From assembly GCA_964519485.1 (NCBI GenBank), contig CAZFKY010000001.1, forward strand, positions 1 to 34,477: 34,477 nt of DNA, written 5' to 3'. Below are positions 30,119 through 34,477 of this stretch, in pieces. The stretch's first letter is position 1. The number at the start of each line of letters is the position of its first letter. The notes beneath the pieces were generated by a model. The model was given only the letters and a program-made list of their open reading frames with translations, was not told the DNA's origin and did not search any database. A program made the translations under genes and the position numbers. Origin of the DNA: an uncultured Candidatus Saccharibacteria bacterium. GTDB taxonomy: Bacteria > Patescibacteriota > Minisyncoccia > Phycocordibacterales > UBA9973.

Positions 30119-31075
30119 TTATTTACTAACATTATAAGCACGCTCTGATATCTCCTTCATTAAACTAGTCGCCCATTGCCTAGTCTCCGAAGACCAGTCG
30201 GATCCTTTAATCATTACTGTGAGCATGTATGGTCTATTTGGTACATACACAACCCCAGAATCTGCAAAAAGATAATGTTCTTTATTTTCTCCATATTTAT
30301 GTGCAAACTTTATATTTTTTGGTATACCTTGAGATAAATAATCGGTAAAATTTGCCCTAGCCATATATTCCAATATCTTTTCTGAATTTTCTGATTTCAA
30401 AAAATTTGAAGTATATAAAACCCTTAATATTCTAGTATATTCTTTCGCTGAGACAAAACCTTGCTCATTATACAAGTCCTCCAACCCTGTAGCTTGCTGA
30501 AACGCGACATAGTCTTCAAAATTTAAATAATGCTTGAAAGTATTCTGAGCTGTATTATCTGAATTAATAATGAGTTCTTCTAACAATTTTTCTAGAGAAA
30601 ATTGATTCTGTCCTACCCTCTTATATAAATCACCAGATTCAAAAGATATGTCTTTTGGTAAAATTGATATTTTCTGACCCCAAGACAAAAAGCCATTCTC
30701 AACTTTTTTTGTTATCAAAATAGCCTGGACCAGCTTACTAAGCGAGGCAGGAAAAAGCCTCAAGTTTTTATTTACTGAGATATTAGATCCAGAATTTACT
30801 TGCTCGTAATATATAGAAATTGAATCTGGATATTTTAATTCAAGACCGTGTAAATATACTCTTAAATCTTGAAGGTTAATTATATAGTTCTCTGGGGCTA
30901 TATATTCTCTAGCTGGATCTAATAAAGGATAATTTCCCAACAATATATGAACACGACCCATACCAAAAAAAATCCACCAAGCAAGCAATAAAACTAAAAA
31001 TACGAGAACAGCGACTAATATTTTGTAAGTCTTTATTTGTTTTAATAACAATCTATCGAAATAATCTTTTACCAT
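30119..31075 (-). CDS. Membrane-anchored class-A beta-lactamase-fold serine hydrolase, diverged tandem paralogue
   Basis: The N-terminal TM is ILVAVLVFLVLLLAWWIFFGMG. S-x-x-K is present in PASLSKLV and S-D-N in INSDNTA. HKYGE sits at the KTG position. Confidence 0.75.
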   Translation of the reverse strand: MVKDYFDRLLLKQIKTYKILVAVLVFLVLLLAWWIFFGMGRVHILLGNYPLLDPAREYIAPENYIINLQDLRVYLHGLELKYPDSISIYYEQVNSGSNISVNKNLRLFPASLSKLVQAILITKKVENGFLSWGQKISILPKDISFESGDLYKRVGQNQFSLEKLLEELIINSDNTAQNTFKHYLNFEDYVAFQQATGLEDLYNEQGFVSAKEYTRILRVLYTSNFLKSENSEKILEYMARANFTDYLSQGIPKNIKFAHKYGENKEHYLFADSGVVYVPNRPYMLTVMIKGSDWSSETRQWATSLMKEISERAYNVSK

Positions 31076-31089
31076 AAATATTTTAATTA

Positions 31090-34000
31090 TTAATTACTTT
31101 CAGAAATTTCGCCGTCCCCTGGTGGAGCTACTTCTGGTGTGGGTTCATTAGGTGGTGCAACCTCGCCTTCATTATTACTACCTTCTGGTGGGGCAACCTC
31201 GCCTTCACCGCCTTCACTAGGAGTACCATTATCTCCCTGTGGAGCTACTTCTGGTGTGGGTTCATTAGGTGGTGCAACCTCCCCTTCACTATTACTACCT
31301 TCTGGTGGTGTCACCTCCTCTCCTCCGCCTTCACTAGGATTGCCAGCATCTCCTGGTGGCACTACCTCTGGGGTTGGCTCTGGTGATGGAGGTGGATTAA
31401 ATATCAATCCTTCTACTACACTTTCATATACATGAGCGTCTTTTATAGCCAATGCTGTCCAAGAAAACCTAATATCCCTAGGAGCATTCTTATTTATAAG
31501 TATTGTAAACCCTTCTTGGCTCTTATTTACAACCAAATATTGTATTGCGCTAGCAAAAAGAGCCTCTGTGTCAACCTCTGCAAGATTGTCTCCAGTTTCA
31601 AATGCCATAGTAACATTTACCACAGGTTGTGCAACATATGGATGCTCGAAGGTTACACTCACTCTCTTATCTCCTTGCTTGATCACAGCAAAACCTCCTG
31701 TGTCTTTATTAAAGAGTGGTGGAAGAGTAAATTCTACACCTTTATTAAAAGTCACATCTCCTTCAAAAGACACTGTCTCTTGTGAAAAAGTGAGGCCACC
31801 TACATTCAATTCTGGGTTGAAATAGAAATTTTTTACTAATACTACTACTTGACCCAACTCATCGAATGTAGTCAAAACCTGACCCACTACCCAGCCAGCT
31901 TCTGTAGCCTTCATAGCCTTTCCAGGGATAGTCTTTGATGCAGTCACATAATCTCCAGGCACGACTGCGCCATTCTCATCTGAGAAGTTTACTGGCACAC
32001 GACCGTTCAATGCTATAGGCACAGGCTTGATATCAGTCCTACCAGAAGCATTTACAGAGGTTTGTATGTCTTCTCCGTATGTCTGCCAAGGTCCTGTAGA
32101 CACTATACCTATCAAGTGATTCTCATAAGTAGCCTTATCTAGGATGCCGATTGTCTTTATACCTAGCTCCGTAGGTGCGCCACTCACAGGATCAGTACCT
32201 TGTGCTCTGTATTGGAATTGATCAGTAGTCATAGCTACTATGTCACCAGGTATAACTTGTGATTTTGCGGCATACCATTCGGCCATGTCTCCAGGGGCTC
32301 CGTTACAATCTGTGAACTTCACATCTGTCTCCGCGCCATTATTTGCGTGACAAATACCCCAAGTTCCTGTAGCAGCAGCCAGTGTGCCATAGATATTACC
32401 AGCTGAATCTATATGGGCCTTTTGTGTTCCAGCATTTTTCAAAGACAAGAAATTTCCAGATGCAAATGAACCAGAACCATTTCCAAGATCTATCATAAGA
32501 CCAGTACCAGTGAAGGCTGCTGTGTCTGTGTATATAGATACCATAGTAGCACCTGTAGCCTTATCAGAATAAGCACGGATAGCGTTACCAGTAGAAGTAG
32601 CTGAAGTATTTTGCAAGTATGCAAACACTGCGGCTGGGGTAGACTGTGAACCAGCAAGAGCATCTGTTGTACCTGAAATACCGAAAGTCTTACCATAAGC
32701 GTCCACACCTATATTTGTTCCGTTTACGTTACTACCATTCCAAGCCTGCACATTAAGACCACGGACAACATGAGTGCTACCAGTGAGTGATGTATCATCC
32801 TGAAGTCTCATAAATGTACCATCGTGAGCACCAGCAGTACCTGACACAACTCTTCCAATAAATCTTGATCCGTAAACAAAACCTGAAGAGGTAGCATTGT
32901 TTAAGTTTGTATCTAGGGTCATACCATTACTGCCTTGGAAAGCCAAAGCTGAAGCTAATGTTTTAACATAAATACCTGGTGAATCTTGCTTTTCGAGTTG
33001 AGCACCCCAACCATATATGGTTCCTGTTCCCCCTGAAGTACCTGGATAAATTCTTGCTCTCACATTTCCTGTAAAGCCTCCTACTGCTTGAGTCACAGAG
33101 TATCTTCTCCAATTTGTGTCAGCTAAATATGTACGCTCTGTACCAGTGCCTGTTGTAGTGCCATCAATTCTCAAACTAAAACTCTGAGTTCCAGAAGATG
33201 CCTTTACCCAAACAGAGAATGTGTAGTTTACAGACGCAACTGCGGTAGATGTATCAAAGGTAACAGATCCACCACTTGAGCTTGTAGCCAAAGATTCAGC
33301 TGTAGTGGTGCCATCTGGTGCTGTTTGAGTATCTGCTGTAGGAGAAGTAACGTTTGTCTTTGTCCAAGAAGCACTGTCAAACTCCTCAGAACGTGATACA
33401 TAGTTTTCATATCTACCAATACCTCCAAATGGAGAATTGAGTACAGTGCCTGAAGAAGCTTCATTCACATTTATCGCTGTTGTAAATTTACCATTAACAA
33501 TATCTATACCGTTTGCTATTCCTCCTGCCGTTGCACTTGTTGGGCCTTCAAGTTTGATAGCGTTTTCTGTTATCTGAGCAGTAGGGCCAGTAGCATTTAG
33601 GGCGATTCTCATACCACTCCAAACTCCAGCAGCAGTAGAACCCGGAGTAAGGTCAATCCTCTGAGCTGCTGCTTCTACTGCTGCAGCGCCTCCGGTGTAA
33701 TTCAATGAAATACCATTTACGTTAGCTGTAGTAACTGCTTGGCCAGAGTTTGTAATAGCCACCATATCTACCGCTGGCACTCCTGTAGCTGTGATTTGTA
33801 GATTTGTATTTGAATCAGGATTAAATACCAAATCTCCAGAGCCATTTGGAGAAAGAGTAATAGCTCCGTTTGCTCCAGAGGCAATAGTGAGGGCACCACT
33901 GTCTGCAATGTTGTTTGTGGTAAATGTTTGGCTTCCGATGACTGTGCCTGAAGATCCAGTAGCCACACCAATATTAGGTGTAGTAAATACAGGTGATGTA

Positions 34001-34477
34001 GCAAGAGCAACTACTGTGCCAGATCCTGTGGTGGTCATTTCTCCTACTACACCCGCGTTGTTATAAAGAATATTTCCACCACTACCACTAGTGATAGATG
34101 TTGAGCCAATTGTTATACCACTACCTCCACCTGAGACATCGTTTGCACAAGCTACGTGACCTGAAGCATCAGCAGTCAATTTTCCACCATTTGTAAATCC
34201 TGAACAGTCCACAGCTGATCCACCACTCTGGAGGGTAAAGAACCCTGACGTACCCTTTGCAAGAGTGACGCCGGTGTTTGTAGCTGAACCTCCGATGGTT
34301 ATAGACTTATCTCCAGAAGCAGTATTACCTATTTTAATATTTTCATTCGAAGTATCAGAACCTATGATAATCTGACCAGTTGTGCCAGAGTTAAGGGTAA
34401 GGTCTGTGCCAGCACCTGTTGCAATAGTCAAAGCTCCAGAGTCTGCAATGTTGTTTGTGGTAAATGTTTGGCTTCCG
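31090..34477 (-). CDS. C-terminal >=1,128 aa of a second large fibre-like surface protein; the 5' end is beyond the right edge, and the 34431 'start' in the track is an internal TTG
   Basis: The frame stays open from 34431 to 34477 (..GSQTFTTNNIADSGA-L-TIATGAG..). It contains Gly/Thr/Ser-rich beta repeats, a central jelly-roll domain, a conserved block (..GDMAEWY..PGDIV..IALNGRVPVNFSDENGAVVPGDYVTAS..PGKAMKAT) and a Pro/Glu-rich C-terminal tandem repeat. Confidence 0.85.
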   Translation of the reverse strand, partial: GSQTFTTNNIADSGALTIATGAGTDLTLNSGTTGQIIIGSDTSNENIKIGNTASGDKSITIGGSATNTGVTLAKGTSGFFTLQSGGSAVDCSGFTNGGKLTADASGHVACANDVSGGGSGITIGSTSITSGSGGNILYNNAGVVGEMTTTGSGTVVALATSPVFTTPNIGVATGSSGTVIGSQTFTTNNIADSGALTIASGANGAITLSPNGSGDLVFNPDSNTNLQITATGVPAVDMVAITNSGQAVTTANVNGISLNYTGGAAAVEAAAQRIDLTPGSTAAGVWSGMRIALNATGPTAQITENAIKLEGPTSATAGGIANGIDIVNGKFTTAINVNEASSGTVLNSPFGGIGRYENYVSRSEEFDSASWTKTNVTSPTADTQTAPDGTTTAESLATSSSGGSVTFDTSTAVASVNYTFSVWVKASSGTQSFSLRIDGTTTGTGTERTYLADTNWRRYSVTQAVGGFTGNVRARIYPGTSGGTGTIYGWGAQLEKQDSPGIYVKTLASALAFQGSNGMTLDTNLNNATSSGFVYGSRFIGRVVSGTAGAHDGTFMRLQDDTSLTGSTHVVRGLNVQAWNGSNVNGTNIGVDAYGKTFGISGTTDALAGSQSTPAAVFAYLQNTSATSTGNAIRAYSDKATGATMVSIYTDTAAFTGTGLMIDLGNGSGSFASGNFLSLKNAGTQKAHIDSAGNIYGTLAAATGTWGICHANNGAETDVKFTDCNGAPGDMAEWYAAKSQVIPGDIVAMTTDQFQYRAQGTDPVSGAPTELGIKTIGILDKATYENHLIGIVSTGPWQTYGEDIQTSVNASGRTDIKPVPIALNGRVPVNFSDENGAVVPGDYVTASKTIPGKAMKATEAGWVVGQVLTTFDELGQVVVLVKNFYFNPELNVGGLTFSQETVSFEGDVTFNKGVEFTLPPLFNKDTGGFAVIKQGDKRVSVTFEHPYVAQPVVNVTMAFETGDNLAEVDTEALFASAIQYLVVNKSQEGFTILINKNAPRDIRFSWTALAIKDAHVYESVVEGLIFNPPPSPEPTPEVVPPGDAGNPSEGGGEEVTPPEGSNSEGEVAPPNEPTPEVAPQGDNGTPSEGGEGEVAPPEGSNNEGEVAPPNEPTPEVAPPGDGEISESN
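31121..31396 (-). repeat. Tandem 117-nt (39-aa) Pro/Glu/Gly-rich repeat, ~2.3 copies
   Basis: ggagctacttctggtgtgggttcattaggtggtgcaacctc is identical at 31124-31164 and 31241-31281. The protein reads EVAPPNEPTPEVAP(P/Q)GD..PSEGG.GEV.PPEGSN.EG. Confidence 0.9.
32977..33414 (-). other. Carbohydrate-binding-module-like jelly roll of the kind seen in phage tail-fibre and adhesin proteins
   Basis: YENYVSRSEEFDSASWTKTNVTSPTADTQTAPDGTTTAESL..VNYTFSVWVKASSGTQSFSLRI..TNWRRYSVTQ..IYGWGAQLEK. The pattern (SE-F--A-W-K..APDG--TA--L..YT-S-W-K..W-R-S..GAQLE) is one I associate with such domains. Confidence 0.5.
33901..34477 (-). repeat. 540-nt (180-aa) period repeat in the second fibre gene
   Basis: The 37-nt string gtctgcaatgttgtttgtggtaaatgtttggcttccg is identical at 33901-33937 and 34441-34477. 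The second copy is cut by the window edge. Confidence 0.7.

Noticed and set aside
28189-31089. Prophage or mobile-element remnant, suggested by the Bro-N domain and tail-fibre-like jelly roll
   Set aside because: No integrase, transposase, terminase, capsid or att-like flanking repeats are visible. The Bro-N domain is fused to a cellular-type sHSP domain. A phage origin for individual domains remains possible.
4738-34010. Same-strand alternative-frame ORFs (4738-4956, 11496-11732, 17988-18209, 32493-32708, 33228-33464, 33768-34010) and 28453-28710, antisense to the Bro-N::Hsp20 gene
   Set aside because: They are embedded in longer ORFs that have clear homology signals, and their products are Leu/Gln/Val-rich nonsense typical of out-of-frame reading.
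1-34477. Alternative genetic code (UGA or UAG reassignment, as in some candidate phyla)
   Set aside because: All genes, including a 5,727-codon ORF, are intact under the standard code and gene boundaries abut neatly. Recoding is not needed.

Overview
AT-rich, tightly packed bacterial window. It has 14 protein-coding genes (13 on the minus strand), no rRNA or tRNA, no CRISPR array and no transposase or integrase. The standard genetic code reads everything cleanly; one ORF stays intact for 17.2 kb. The left ~6.8 kb is housekeeping. It holds a leuS gene that starts in the window and runs off the left edge (absent from the ORF track; I translated it by hand) and carries an inserted Nudix-hydrolase domain, two membrane proteins, a COG1092-type SAM methyltransferase, ychF and a VIT1/CCC1 metal transporter. 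The remaining ~27.7 kb is a cell-surface island. In order it holds two membrane-anchored proteins with single cohesin-like domains, a secreted FN3/Ig protein ending in a canonical dockerin, and a small membrane-anchored protein. Next comes a 5,727-aa secreted fibre protein with PATR (autotransporter-associated beta-strand) repeats, nested super-repeats, Gly-rich linkers and a C-terminal lectin-like jelly roll, but no beta-barrel, LPXTG or TM anchor. After it lie a divergently transcribed Bro-N::Hsp20 fusion, two tandem membrane-anchored beta-lactamase-fold serine hydrolases, and at least 1,128 C-terminal residues of a second fibre protein that runs off the right edge. Main hypothesis (inference): the giant fibre(s), the cohesin/dockerin trio and the exported serine hydrolases form an uncharacterised surface attachment or docking apparatus. 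The compact style and the cohesin/dockerin genes without any glycoside hydrolase fit a small-genome, possibly episymbiotic (CPR/Patescibacteria-like) bacterium, but that taxonomic call is inference only. A second recurring signal is TATAAT-type -10 hexamers 6-10 nt upstream of several ATG codons that lack a Shine-Dalgarno sequence, which suggests leaderless transcripts.
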